From Eledone cirrhosa (Eukaryota), in assembly GCA_964016885.1 (NCBI GenBank), contig OZ024743.1, positions 238,452,001-238,516,000 of the forward strand: DNA of 64,000 nucleotides. Direction: 5' to 3'. Within the stretch, counting starts at the first letter, position 1. Every line of letters starts with the position of its first letter. This document shows positions 15,391-29,644 of the stretch, piece by piece. The notes under the pieces were generated by a model that ran no database searches, was not told the origin of the DNA, and saw only the letters and a list, made by a program, of their open reading frames with translations. A program made the translations under genes and the position numbers.

Positions 15391-15696
15391 CAATGATATT
15401 AAATAAATCGAAACTATATTTATAAAACCATATTTATTCTATTATATATATTTCAAGGGAACCAAAACTTTGGTACGCCTTCATCAGATAAAATACAAAG
15501 TTTGTTTTATAAATTTTGACATATCCAAGAAAAACTTGAACCGATAAGGCATCTTTTCTTGGTTATGTCAAAATTTATAAAACAAACTTTGTATTTTATC
15601 TGATGAGTGCGTACCAAAGTTTTGGTACCCTTGAAATATATATAATAGAATAAATATGGTTTTATAAATATAGTTTCCATTTATTTAATATCATTG
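15391..15696. mobile_element. Palindromic module with ~143-bp arms and a 20-bp spacer, one hammerhead per strand
   Basis: 15391-15533 is the reverse complement of 15554-15696. HHRs at 15439-15493 (-) and 15594-15650 (+): tttat-CTGATGA-..gtaccaaa gt tttggtac..-GAAATATATA-taata. Confidence 0.8.
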
Positions 15697-15705
15697 TATA
15701 TATAT

Positions 15706-17682
15706 ATTTCGTGTGTCATAATTCTCGATTATCATTGGTTCATAGGTTTCAAACCACTCCGCCTACCTCAACGACGCCAAACTTAAATTAATACGCATAA
15801 TGCCAATGAGAGAGTGAGAGGGGAGAGTAAGAAACAGAGAGGCAAAGTGAACCCTGTAACTATTACCATGTGTGCGTGTGTAACTACGTGTGCGTATGTT
15901 TATGCGTGTATGCGTGCGTGCAGCGTTCCACAGAAAGTAAAAACTATCAACATGTGTAAGTGTGTGTAAGTGCACGGGTGCGTGTGTAGGTTTCCGTGCG
16001 TGTGCGCGTTTCCATGCGTGTATGTGTGTGTACGTGGGGCGTTCCACAATCGCCACGCAGTTTATCTGTCTGTGTGTCTGTCTGTCAGTCTAACATACAC
16101 AGAATAAATAGGGATCTTTTTTTACATTGACGGACATCTTTTATATTTATTATAGTGTCATTTCTTAACAATTGCTCGAAATAAATACTGATAATAAAAG
16201 CAATTCGACTTTATCAAACAGTGAATTACAGCGGCGACGGCATGCAGCCAGAAATGAAGAAAAACGGGTTGAATAGCGCCATCGGAACGCCGAACTTCAG
16301 AGGCGAAGACGTGCCGCCATGAATGAAGAGGAGCTGGCTGAACAACACCAACGAAACACTGGAGCCAAGCGGCGACGGCGTGCTGCGATGGTTGAAGACG
16401 AACTGGCTGAGCACCATCTTTTATATTAATTATCTATATCTATGTCTACATATAATATAAAAGATTGGAACTTCCATCTCCTTTTGAGAAACGTGAAACA
16501 ACCACGTCTATGCAATGATACACGGTTTATAGTCAGGCAGAAGATGAACCGTCTCCTAGAGGTCACTATTCTAGGTGGGAGCACCTAGAATTGTTCATAT
16601 ACTATATACTTCTTATATGAAGGATCATAGACTGGAGGTATTAGGGAGCATCAGACATAATACTTTGTGATATTTAGTTACAAATTTCTACATTCAGAGT
16701 TCAAATCCTGCCGAAGTCAACTCTGCCTTTCATCCTTCTGAGGTCAATAAAATAAAGTACTCGGTTGATATAATCGACTTTCTCCTTCCTCTAAATTGCT
16801 TGCCTCTTGTATATATTAGTTTGAACAACGTCAGTATTCCGTGTGTCATTATCCGTATAACCGATTATCATTGGTTCATAGGTTTCAAACGACTCCGCCC
16901 AGCTCAACGACGCCAATCTGAAATTAATATGCATAATGCCAATGAGGGAATGAGAGAGGAGAGTGTGAACGCTATATATGTCAGTATAGAGACGTGTGTG
17001 TGTGATGTGTGTGGAAATATGAGGTGAAGGAAAACAATAACTATTAACATGAGTGCGTGTGTATGTACGTGCGCGTATGTTTATGTGTGTATGCGTGCGT
17101 TCAGCGTTCCACAGAAAGTAAAAACTATCAACATGTGTGAGTGTGTGTGTGTGTAAGTTTGCGTGCGTGTGCGCGATTCCATGCATGTATGTGTGTGGCG
17201 TTCCACAATCGCCACGCTGTTTATCTGTCTGTGTGCCTGTCTGTTAGTCTAACATACACAGAGTTGTGAAGGGAGTAAATAGGGACCTTTTTTTACATTG
17301 ACGGACATCTTTTATATTAATTATCTATATCTATATCTCCATATATTATAAAAGATTGGAACTTCCATAATCCTTTTGAGAAACGTGGAACAACCACGTC
17401 TATGCAATGATACACGTTTTACAGTCAGGCGGAAGATGAAGCATCTCCTAGAGGTCATTATTCTAGGTGGGAGCACCTAGAATTGTTCATATACTATGCA
17501 CAAACGGTATAACGAAGAATCTGGTATATCTGGAAGATTTATTTTATTGTTTTCTGTATCACATAGACACCACGGACTCGCCTCATACTGTAACCAGAAA
17601 AACATCCAATACAGTTATTTTCTCTTTTGCCTGTCTTCTCTTATCATCTGTTTACCCAGGCGAAGCTGGGTACGTCAGCTAG
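15706..17682 (+). mobile_element. Mosaic non-autonomous Helitron with an STPR-like Rep N-terminal remnant and a SINE inserted at ~16630-16810
   Basis: 5' A|TCTAT..ATAAAAG starts at ~16432 and 17324. The 3' hairpin CCCAGGCGAAGCTGGG is followed by CTAG|T at 17679-17683. Internal blocks are duplicated and match 46920-48560 in reverse complement. Confidence 0.75.
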
Positions 17683-17917
17683 TATATATATAATTGAAAA
17701 AGTGAAGAATAACATGGTCAACAGTTAAAAACAAGGAAATTTATTTACAGTCTAACAATTGTTTCTGTGATAGAGTTGTCTAAAAATTGCTAAACACTGA
17801 AATTAGTGGCACTCAATTTAAAATACATTCTACCACCATCATTTCATCAGAAACTTAGAAAAAATACAAAATATATGCGTAACGGTAAATTTATAATTTC
17901 AAATTACTGCATCAATA

Positions 17918-18103
17918 ATAATTGTTTCTACTTTAGGCACAAGGCCAGCAATTACCCAGTTCATTACTGGTACTTTATTTTATCGACCCCGTAAGGATGA
18001 AAGGCAAAGTCAATCTCGGCGGGATTTGAACTCAGATCGTAAAGGGACGTAACTATATTGGAAAGCATGGCGTCCGACCCTCTACCGATACTGCCAATCC
18101 ACC
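17918..18103 (-). mobile_element. tRNA-derived SINE family A
   Basis: Full consensus, reverse orientation. Confidence 0.85.
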
Positions 18104-18158
18104 ACAAAAATAATATTAATAATAAAGATATAGAGAGAAGGGAACAGATGGATTGTTA

Positions 18159-18802
<644 letters not shown>

Positions 18803-18806
18803 TCTC

Positions 18807-18886
<80 letters not shown>

Positions 18887-18887
18887 C

Positions 18888-19058
18888 CAATAAGGTATGA
18901 TTTACATGGGTATGTCTCTATCTATAAAACAAAATTTGTATTTTATCTGATGTAAGCGTACCAATGTTGTCTTGGTTGCCCTTGAAATATATATAATAAA
19001 ATAAATATGGTTTTATAAATATAGTTTCCATTTATTTAATATCATTTAATATCATTGT
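18888..19058 (+). mobile_element. Solo arm of the 15391-15696 HHR module family
   Basis: Shares ttttatCTGATG..gtaccaa..ttggt..cccttGAAAtatatataataaaataaatatggttttataaatatagtttcc. Core A9 is mutated to T. Confidence 0.75.
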
Positions 19059-19084
19059 ATATGTATATTTATATATATATATAT

Positions 19085-19688
<604 letters not shown>

Positions 19689-20027
19689 TTAATAAAATAA
19701 GGCGCCCGATCGAACTAGAAACTGCTAAATGTGTGGCAGCCTTGTCTCTCTGCTTTTTCAGCCCCATGGATTATATTCCTTTGTTAAATTTCGAATTCCG
19801 GATGATGTCAACGGATTCATAGTGAACCCGGTCATTGAAATGTTCATAGTATAATAAACCTTTAAGGAATTACACCAGTCCAGCCTCCTGTTATTTTATA
19901 ATAATTAACTCATAACTCGCACCACCAACAACACAAACGAAGACGAGTGAGTTGCATTACGTCGAGTGCTCTCCCTAATATTACATCGAGGTTAACCATA
20001 CGTAATGACCAGTTCTATTCTAAATGA

Positions 20028-20079
<52 letters not shown>

Positions 20080-20081
<2 letters not shown>

Positions 20082-20301
20082 CAATGATATTAACAAATGG
20101 ATTCTATATTTATAAAACCATATTTATTTTATTATATATATTTCAAGGGTACGCTCTCCTCAGATAAAATACAAAATTTGTTTTATAAATGGTGACATAC
20201 CCAAGAAACCAGACCTTATCGGTTCAGATTCAGTTTGGATAGTGCTTCGAATATGGTATAAATAAAAAAATTTGTTGAATAACAAATTAAATATCTCTTT
20301 G

Positions 20302-20303
<2 letters not shown>
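20080..20303 (-). mobile_element. Solo arm of the 15391-15696 module family with an intact-core HHR (20127-20169)
   Basis: Minus strand reads ttttat-CTGAGGA-gagcgtaccctt-GAAATATATA-taataaaa. (TA)n flanks both sides. Confidence 0.75.
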
Positions 20304-20369
<66 letters not shown>

Positions 20370-20370
<1 letters not shown>

Positions 20371-21343
20371 CCGCATAGTTTAAACAACCCTACTCTCACT
20401 AACCGCAGAAGTAACTGCAACTGCCGTTACCCCAATGCATGCCCACTAAATAGACATTGCCTGACACCCAATATAGTTTATAGGCGCACAGTTAAAATTG
20501 CTTCGCATACCAGCTCCTATATCGGCTCTACCTCTAACAGTTTTAAGGTATGCTATAACACGCACTCTTTTTCCTTCCGAGACCCTAACAAGAGATGTTC
20601 GACATCTCTAGCTAGGCTAATTAAAAACCTTAAATAACCAACATTGAACACTCACTAACATGGGATATCTTGGCTAGGGCCCAACCGTTCAATGGACGAA
20701 GAAACTCTTGTGACCTCTGTCTTACCGAAGCATATTACATAACTCTATCACGACCTCTACCGATTAACGATAGAACGGAGGTAACTATTAGCTGTCAACA
20801 TCGAAGGCCTAATTCCTTCACCAACAGAATATTTGACCCAACATAGTCATCTAGCCCCATTTTTACTTATATCTAATAAGTTAAATAGTTATAGCTAACT
20901 TAGATAATTATAAGTTACCACCCTTACATTATTTCTCAATTAAAAAGTTAGCACATCTTAACTATAAACTACCCAGAATTTCTAATTTCTCGAGGAGTTA
21001 CTTCCCCTGAAACCACCCTCTAATTAGTAAGGTAAATATGTCCATTGGCGGCCACCTTGTTACTCATAGGCAGATTCCACACAATGCAGCCTCGACAGAA
21101 GAATACTGCTCGACTATGGCAGACAATAGATATACCCAGGACACCATAGTGAAATAACAATATATGGAACATTACATTCATGTAACATTCTTTCTTTATT
21201 TTAATTTATATTCCTTTTGAAGTTCCGATGAGCTGCTCTAATTGTACCTAAGTTAATTATTTTCAACTGGACCAGATCAATAATGATCTATAATCATTTG
21301 ATCCAGAAACATTATATGGAGTAGCCAAACAATTGTAAACGGA
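20370..21343 (+). mobile_element. 3' fragment of a second Naiad-type PLE (GIY-YIG domain, 3' UTR, degenerate HHR at ~21220-21340)
   Basis: CNCRYPNACPLNRHCLTPNIVY..SYIGSTSNSFK..H.FSFR..TSLA, frameshift, then LTWDILARAQPFNGRRNSCDLCLTEA..INDRTE..SCQHR. HHR-like CCGATGA-gctgctc..gagtagc-CAAAC AATT GTA. Confidence 0.8.
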
Positions 21344-21380
<37 letters not shown>

Positions 21381-21382
<2 letters not shown>

Positions 21383-24300
21383 AGTTGCATTTATCTTGCT
21401 TTATGTTCATACGAGTTATCACCAAGTCACAACCAGTGACCTCAAGAGACAACAAGGTCCGCCATGTTCAAGAAAGAACATACATACTCACACATGCATC
21501 TTTAGTGTTTAGACTTGTGATGTACTTATATTGACAGAATCTTCCTTAGTATATGGGCAGTTCCCATTAGTACTATCTTTTGTATTTCTCCTATACGCGG
21601 GTTTCCTGGAATTTTCGGTAAGTAAACATTAGACCCCTTAGGTATCATTCCCAGAGCGCTTACAACCACTGGTATTGTTTTAGTTCTCAATTTCCACATT
21701 TTTCCAATTTCTATCTCCAGGTCCTTATACTTGCTCAATTTTTCAAATGTTTTTATAGATACATTCTTGTCTATTGGAACGGACATATCAATTAGCAGGC
21801 ATACCCTCTTTTTAAAGTCCTTCAATGTTATATCAGGTCTATTTGCATCTATTTTTCGGTCTGTTTGGATGCTAAAGTTCCACAAGATTGAGATGTGATT
21901 TTTTTCAAGTATGGGAGGTAGTTGATACTCCCACCAATTCTTTTGATGGGGCAGGTCAAAATGCTTACACATTATCCAATGAAAGTATTGTGCAGCTCTG
22001 TCATGCCTGTTTAGGTATTCGGTTGGAGCTATAGGACTGCACATTGAAATGATATGGTCAATGGTCTCTGGTTGTTTTTTGCATACACGGCATAATGGGC
22101 TGCATCCACTTTTTATTATGTTGGCTTGGTAATTTTTTGTTGGCAGACACTGATCTTGTGCTGATATAATCAGTCCTTCAGTCTCCGATTTCAGTCCAGA
22201 GGATGCCAACCACTGATGGGTTAAAGTTTTGTCAACATCAGGATTGTTAGCTCGTTCTGGGTATTTTCCATACAGAGGCTTTTCTTGCCATTTCTTAGGC
22301 AGTTTCTGTAGCAGTTCTTTCTTTGCAGTTACTTTTACCTGCTTTGCTTTTTCTGTGTTTTCCATTTCAGCGGTAAATGGGACTTCTGAAATTTGTAGTC
22401 CATTACTGTATCTTTGTGCATCTTTTGTAATGGAATATGATCTTTTGATGCTTTCGTGTTTCAAAACGAGTTTGATCATCCAATCATGTGATTCCCTTAG
22501 ATATGTAGATAATCCAATTAACCCACGTCCTCCTTCTTTCCTAGGGAGATATATTCTATCTATATCTGCCTTAGGGTGATGCATTCTGTGCATGGTTAAG
22601 AATTTTCGAATTTTTGTATCGAGCCTACGGATCTCTGTGCTTGACCAGTTGATGACATTGTAACTGTAGGTTACTACTGGTATGGCAAGCGTGTTTATGG
22701 CATCGATCCTATTCCTTGCATTCAATTCCGTTCTTAAGATTGCTCTTACTCTGCGGTAACATTCCTTCCTTATCCTTTCCCTCATTGTCGAGTGCTTGAT
22801 TCCGTCTCCTGCACAAACACCTAGATATTTGTAAGTTTTTTCTTGATCAAGTTCTCTTATCACGTTCTCCCGATCAAGATTAATGTCTGAACTCTTCAGC
22901 AGCTTTCCTCTGGTGAACGTTGCTTTGGTGCATTTATCTAGTCCAAACGCCATTTTAATGTCATCACTGAACTGCTCCACAGTGGATAATAGCCCTTGCA
23001 ATTGTTCATCATTTTTTGCAAATAGTTTCAGGTCATCCATGTAGAACAAGTGATTAATGGTTTTGTCATAGACTTTATATCCATGTTTTGTTTCATTGAG
23101 CATTTTACTTAATGGTATAAGTGCGATGCAGAATAAAAGCGGTGATAAAGAGTCACCCTGAAAAATTCCACAATTAATATTAACTTCTCCAGCTTCCAGT
23201 GATTTTGTTTCACTATTCAAAAGGAGTGTCGTTTTCCATGTCTTCATACTGAATGACAAAAACCTCCTGACAACGGGGGATATTTTGAAAATCTCTAAAC
23301 ATTTTTCAATCCAACTGTGTGGCAAACTATCGAATGCTTTTTTATAATCTATCCAAGCAATTGATAGATTTTTTGTCTATTATGACAATCTTCCAGTTTC
23401 ATTTTGTTAACCAAAAGCTGATCCTTACAGGTTATCATATGTGTATTCAGTTAGGACTGATGTTAAAATTTTATACGTTGTGGTCAAGCAAGTTATCGGT
23501 CTGTAATTTTTGGGATTGTTTGTCTCATCATGCTTCGGAAGCAGGAATGTAATGCCGTTAACTAGCCATGATGGTATCTTTTCTGGCTCCTTAACTATTT
23601 CATTGTAAAGTTGGGCTAACAGCTCATGAGACTCTGTGAAGGCATTTATCCAAACATTTTGTATTTTGTCTTTTCCTGGGGATTTCCATTTGCTGGTTTT
23701 TCTTAGAGCCAAGCGCAACTGTTCAACTGTTATATTTTCCCATATTTGTTCCTCAAGGTGAGCTGTATCTTTCATTTGTCTGTCTATCCATGGGGCATGT
23801 ATGTTATGAACTTTTTCTTCGGCCCAGATCTTTTCCCAGAATTCTTGCACTTCCTCCTTGGGTGGTATTGATTTAGCAGTTATTGTTGACTTACCAATTT
23901 TTCTGTACAAGTTTATTTGGTTGTTTTTGAACATATTATTGTCCTTATAGAATCTAGATCGTTTTTCAAAGCGCTTTATACGAGCAGCTTTGGCCGACAC
24001 TTTTTGCTTGATTATTTCTATCAGCATGTCTATGTCACTTGTTGATTTTATACTGTACTTTCTTTTCAATTTTCTAAGTTTAGTTTGTTTAACATGTTCA
24101 CCTACTTTAAAGTTTGTTAAAATTTCTATGTCAGATCGGAGAAGCTTTATTTGGCGATTGATGTTCTCTTGCCAAGTAGATTTCTTGTGGGAATTCCTTT
24201 GTTTTTTCATCTTCACTCCACATAAGTGAGTGGTGACTTTAGCCGATGCATAATAGAGATGATTTAAATCAGTAATGTTTAGTTTGTTTGTGATGATAAT

Positions 24301-25265
24301 GTTTTTGAGAATTATGTTAGTCTTGTGTATTATCTTTTGGTTCTGTTTGGAGTTCTGGATCTTAGGGAGGGTGTCTCGTTGCCCCATGTCAGATTCTTTC
24401 ATTTTCATCCATTCGATCATAATTTCATCCTTCAAGTTGGCAAGTTCATTCTCATTCATTTCCTTATCATTTACGATCTCATTATTTTCATTTGGAGTTT
24501 CATCCTGAGCATGCACTCCCTCCACTTTTTCGATCTTTTCTTTAATTTGTTCTGTTGCCAGTGATTCCGCCCCAACCCTGGGATTCGAAGTGTTACAATT
24601 TACCTCGTTTTCAATGACACATGTTTCATTTTCCCTTCGCTGACTGTGTGCTAATAGCTTGATCTGATCAATTTCTATATCAGTTAGTAACTTTTTTCTT
24701 ACAATATTTCTTCGTATATTGGCTAGTTTGTTACTGTCAATATAGCCTCTGTTTTCGGGATGTTTCTTTTTCCAGTTCATATATGTCTGTTTTGTATTCG
24801 ATGTATTTGATGGGTAGTACATGGCAGTGTAGAAAGCCTCAAGGACTTCTTTATTATCTTCCCTTGACCATTTTTCTCTATTTTTCTTTGGATTTCTTGG
24901 TGTTGAGCATGGAGGGCCAACAGTAGGAGTATTCCGGTTATGGGAGGTCTCCAGCTCCGAAGTGATGGGATGGTTTGAACTATTAGCTGATTTTTCGACC
25001 CCAGTCTGTTTCCTCTCTGAGGGACGCGGCTCTTTTTTACCCGGGTGACGGCCAATCCGGTATGAGATTTTATCATTAGACATTTACTTTATTTTGTCGC
25101 GTTTTATCCTTATCCGCCAAGGGGTAATCATTTCGTGTTACCACTTCTAGAACGAGTGTCAACCAAGACTAGAGGGGTCGTTCTCACCTAGAGACACGGC
25201 TATTTCCCGCCGGCTGCCATCCCGGTATTTCTTGGTCACGGGGTTTTCTTTTTGTTGTTTTTTTA
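21381..25265 (-). mobile_element. Near full-length R4/Dong-clade non-LTR retrotransposon (RT + CCHC + restriction-like endonuclease) inserted in (TAA)n
   Basis: KSPGKD, NYRPITCL, DYKKAFDS, GIFQGDSLSPLLF, HLFYMDD, YKYLG, GGRGL, AQDQCL.T, CRVC..ETIDHI..C..RHD, RPDI..IDMSVP..EK..KYKDL, PVVVSALG. (ATT)n lies at 21345-21380. Confidence 0.92.
21526..25083 (-). pseudogene. R4/Dong-type single ORF, disrupted
   Basis: A deletion near 23430 removes the EQKG segment (YDN|CKDQLL), and a second frameshift occurs in the A-run near 23370. Confidence 0.85.
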
Positions 25266-25323
25266 AAATTGTTATTATCATGAGTGGTTCCTTAATGTGA
25301 GCATTGCGTGGTTTAAGAATGAA

Positions 25324-25407
<84 letters not shown>

Positions 25408-25409
25408 GT

Positions 25410-25774
25410 TGTTATTCCTTGAATATCAGTCATTGATGTTGGTTAACTGGAAAGTCCGTTGGAATGAATATCAAGCCACTACCTGCAGCCTCAGATATTC
25501 AGGACGTATCGAAGGGTTCTTGCTGTTCCCAGCAAGCATGCCTTTTGAAGCGTTCCAAAAAGCGTGAAGGGGCCGATTTTCTTTAACCATCCCTGGAAAC
25601 TTTTGGAGATAGTCCCCAGTGCGCCTATGACAATCGGGATCACTTTGACTTCATGGCAGTTCCAAATCCTTTTCACCTCCCACTTTAGGTCCTGGTATCG
25701 GTTAATTTTCTCCCTCTCCTTCTCTTGCACTCTCGTGTCGAAAGGGCAGGCCACATCCACAATCAGACACGATC

Positions 25775-25780
<6 letters not shown>
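25410..25780 (-). mobile_element. 3' fragment of a different R4/Dong-type element (RLE C-terminus)
   Basis: DVACPFDTRV.EKEREK..RYQDLKWEVKRIW..VIPIVIGALG..LQKACLLGTARTLR. (ATT)n lies on both sides. Confidence 0.85.
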
Positions 25781-25808
<28 letters not shown>

Positions 25809-26079
25809 CTCTACATTCCTTACATTAAACTAAAACTATGTTGACAATCTTTTAATAGTGTCTTCCTTGTGAAATTTGTGGTCTTGTTTTGCTTAAATAA
25901 GGAATATTTCCAGCTCTGTGCACCTAACCTCTGCATGAACCCAGCCACCTAGCTGCCTTCCACTGCACATTGCACATTGAGCACATACATGCCTTTACGC
26001 TTTGGCTTCTAACTAATTCACCAATCTCTCTTCTCCTCTCCTATCTCCATCTCTCTCTTTAAGATTGTTTAATCTTGAA

Positions 26080-26139
<60 letters not shown>

Positions 26140-26214
26140 GTTAAAAATGTAATGCAGTCAGTCATACAAAAGTGAGTTACAAACGAAACGAAATTTAATT
26201 TCGTTTTGTTATTT

Positions 26215-26259
<45 letters not shown>

Positions 26260-26267
<8 letters not shown>

Positions 26268-26420
26268 GGAAGATGTCTGCCTGTGTGTGTATGATTTTTA
26301 TGCATTTCCACATTTCTCTACCGATTTTGATGATTTATTTTCCAATGTGCTCTATATTTACCAAGGATGGTCAACGCGTAATAACCTTTGCCAAAAATTC
26401 CTGCTTCTATGAAAACAAAT
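26260..26420 (+). mobile_element. Possible Helitron/DINE-1-like non-autonomous 5' end; related sequence at ~27455-27720
   Basis: ATAAAA..TGTCTG..ATGCATTTC..ACCGATTTT pattern only. Confidence 0.4.
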
Positions 26421-28227
26421 CGATAAAACTAAATACATGCTGTAACCCACTCTCTTACACGCTTAATTCATCTCCCTACTCCCCTCAAAAATCTATGGAA
26501 CTACATACATGTTGCAACTCTCTCTCTATATATATATATATATATCACACACTCACACACATATACATATACATCTAAAGAGAGAAAGGGAGATGTAGAG
26601 AGAGAGAGAGTGAGATACGTCTTTATACAGAGAGAGGTACAAGATAATCAAATAGAGAGAGAGAGAATGGCGATGAACGCTGGTTCACACACACAAACAC
26701 ATATATATATAAATAGAGAGAGAGAGCTCTGCGCGTTCTTTATTGCTCTCCATTCTGTAGAGGAAGAGAAAGCGAGGGGGTATGAGTGAGAGAGAGGGAG
26801 AAAGAGAGAGAGAGAAAGAGAGGGTATGTGAAAAAAGGGAGAGGGGTTGAGAAAGAAAGAAAGTTTCAGCAAAGAATCGCTGCTTTCAACATTAACGGGA
26901 TCTTCTTAAACTAAAAAATTCAATCTGTGAACGCAGAATTAAATATTTCGAGAAACATTGCAACCGAAGGAAAACAGGAAGACGATATTTTGGTTCGTGA
27001 AGACGTCCCCTGGTAATGAACGAAAAAAAAACGAGGATAATACGTCGTTAAGTGGAACGAGAAGAACAATTTCATGCAAAGACGAGACCAAGTTTATGTT
27101 ATAAATGGAGTCGTTAGACTAACATTCTATTTAAAATAACCAAATGATTTCCAGCCCCGGAGTTTAAGAATGATGTAAATAAAATTGTAAACGAAAATGA
27201 CAGAGGTTATTAAAATAGTTGTTTCTACTTTTTGCACAAGGCCAGCAATTATCCAGTACATTACTGGTACTTTATTTTATCAACCCCGTAAGGATGAAAG
27301 GCAAAGTTAACCGCGACGGGATTTTAACTTTGCCTTAAAATAGTAAAAGTTAATAGTGAAGATTTAGGCCAGTACATACGTATGCGCCGACGGACATACA
27401 CATTCATATACATACGCACACACAAATACATACACAAACACACACGCGCGCGTGTGTGTGTAAACCTTATGCATTTCTACAGTATTTTCACCAAACTTAA
27501 GACATAGGTTACTTATGTACTCCGGATGGTCATGGGCACTTTCATTTTTCCAGATATTGATTATAGGGCCTCCCGGCATATAACCCCCTTTAACGACTTC
27601 CTTGGAGTCCACTGAAGCACTGCAGTGCAATGCAACAAAACGTCATAACTTCTGGAGTTCGCAACCGATTTTCACAAAACTTGACACATGGGCTACGTTT
27701 GTTCTACAGATGAATGTGAAAGGAACTTAACATTGTAACTTTAATACAGCTACTGAGCAGAATCTTTGGCATATGTCATTTAATCATAGATTAGGATCGA
27801 TCCAAGCCTCGTGAATAAAATTAGGTAGACTGAAACCTTGGGAGTCGGTCGGATCGATTGTACTTTTAATTCAAAGTTCATACCTTGTCATGCTCCGTAT
27901 CACACTGAATCTCCACTTAGAATTATATTACGGGCACACGTATGTATCGAATAATCAGCTATTTACACGTTAATTTCATAAGCAGGCTATTCTGTTGATC
28001 GAACAACCGGAACATTGATCATCGAAACCGATGGAGATCCATTCCATTAGATTTCAATGTTGTAATGAGTGTCTATCAGAGTAAAAGTAAGAGAAATATA
28101 GATGAAAGAAGCATTATAAATTAATAAATGTAATATTCCGCTGACGTCCATTTATATATGGCATCCCTCGAGTCTTAGAGCTTCAAGATAAGAGGCGTAC
28201 CTAGAAAAATAAAACATTTCATCTCTC

Positions 28228-28287
<60 letters not shown>

Positions 28288-28338
28288 GAAAGAGAGTGAA
28301 AAAGAGAGTGAAAAGGAGAGTGAGTGAGAGAGGCAGAG

Positions 28339-28444
<106 letters not shown>

Positions 28445-28674
28445 CAGTTACGAAGAGAAGAAAAGGGTGTGCTTGATAAAATTTGGAATTATGGGGCTCT
28501 GGAAGAAAAATGTAGGTAAGATGGGGGAGATGGATGTGTTGGGGTGCGGGAGTGGAGGACATGAACTAAATTGTAATACTATATATATATTGTAAAGACA
28601 TACTGCCCGACGGCTGTGCTCTTGCGTGTTGATATATATATATATCAATATATATATATATATCTATCTATCTA

Positions 28675-28837
<163 letters not shown>

Positions 28838-28953
28838 ATATATATATGTATCTATGTATGTATGTACTGAGAGAGAGCGGGAAAGAGAGAATGAGATAGA
28901 GAGAGATAGGTTGATAGGTAAAGAGACAGATAGAGAGATAGATAGATAGATAC

Positions 28954-29043
<90 letters not shown>

Positions 29044-29153
29044 ATTTATTAAAATAACAGATTAAAGTTTAAGCAAAGAATCGCTGCTTTGGATTTTAGT
29101 CTTCAAATTTATTATTATTACTATATATATATATATAGAGAGAGAGAGAGATG

Positions 29154-29209
<56 letters not shown>

Positions 29210-29644
29210 GAGAGAGAGAGAGAGAGAGAGACAGGTAGGTAGTTAGATTGATAGATAGGTAGGCAGGTATGTGGGTAGAGATATATATATAGAGAGATAG
29301 ATAGATTGAGATGGAGACTGGTAGTCATAAATAAGTGATGTACTATGATGAAAGTTAGGATACATCTAAATATAGTCATACTTAGCTCCTGAGTGCATAG
29401 GTTGTATTTATGTATGTCTGTAGATGTATGGGCACATGTGTATGTATATGTACGTCTGTATGTGCATGTGTGTATGTATGTATATGTTTGTATGTATGTC
29501 TGTATGTGAATATGTGTGTGTATATGTATGTGTTTATGCATGTATGTGTGTATGCGTATATGTGCATGTTTGAGTGTGTATGTTGTGTGTATGTATATGT
29601 GTGTATGTACGTGTAAGTGTGTGCGTGCAATTGTCTGGAACACA

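Noticed and set aside
19795-19855. Additional HHR-like motif (CGGATGA..GAAATGTTCATA)
   Set aside because: Core U4 is mutated and stem I does not pair convincingly, so it was not called as a ribozyme.
20370-21343. Selenocysteine recoding or a SECIS element in the Naiad-type remnant
   Set aside because: Conserved Cys codons are TGT/TGC, and the ATGA..GA spacing near 21284-21302 is too short for a SECIS.
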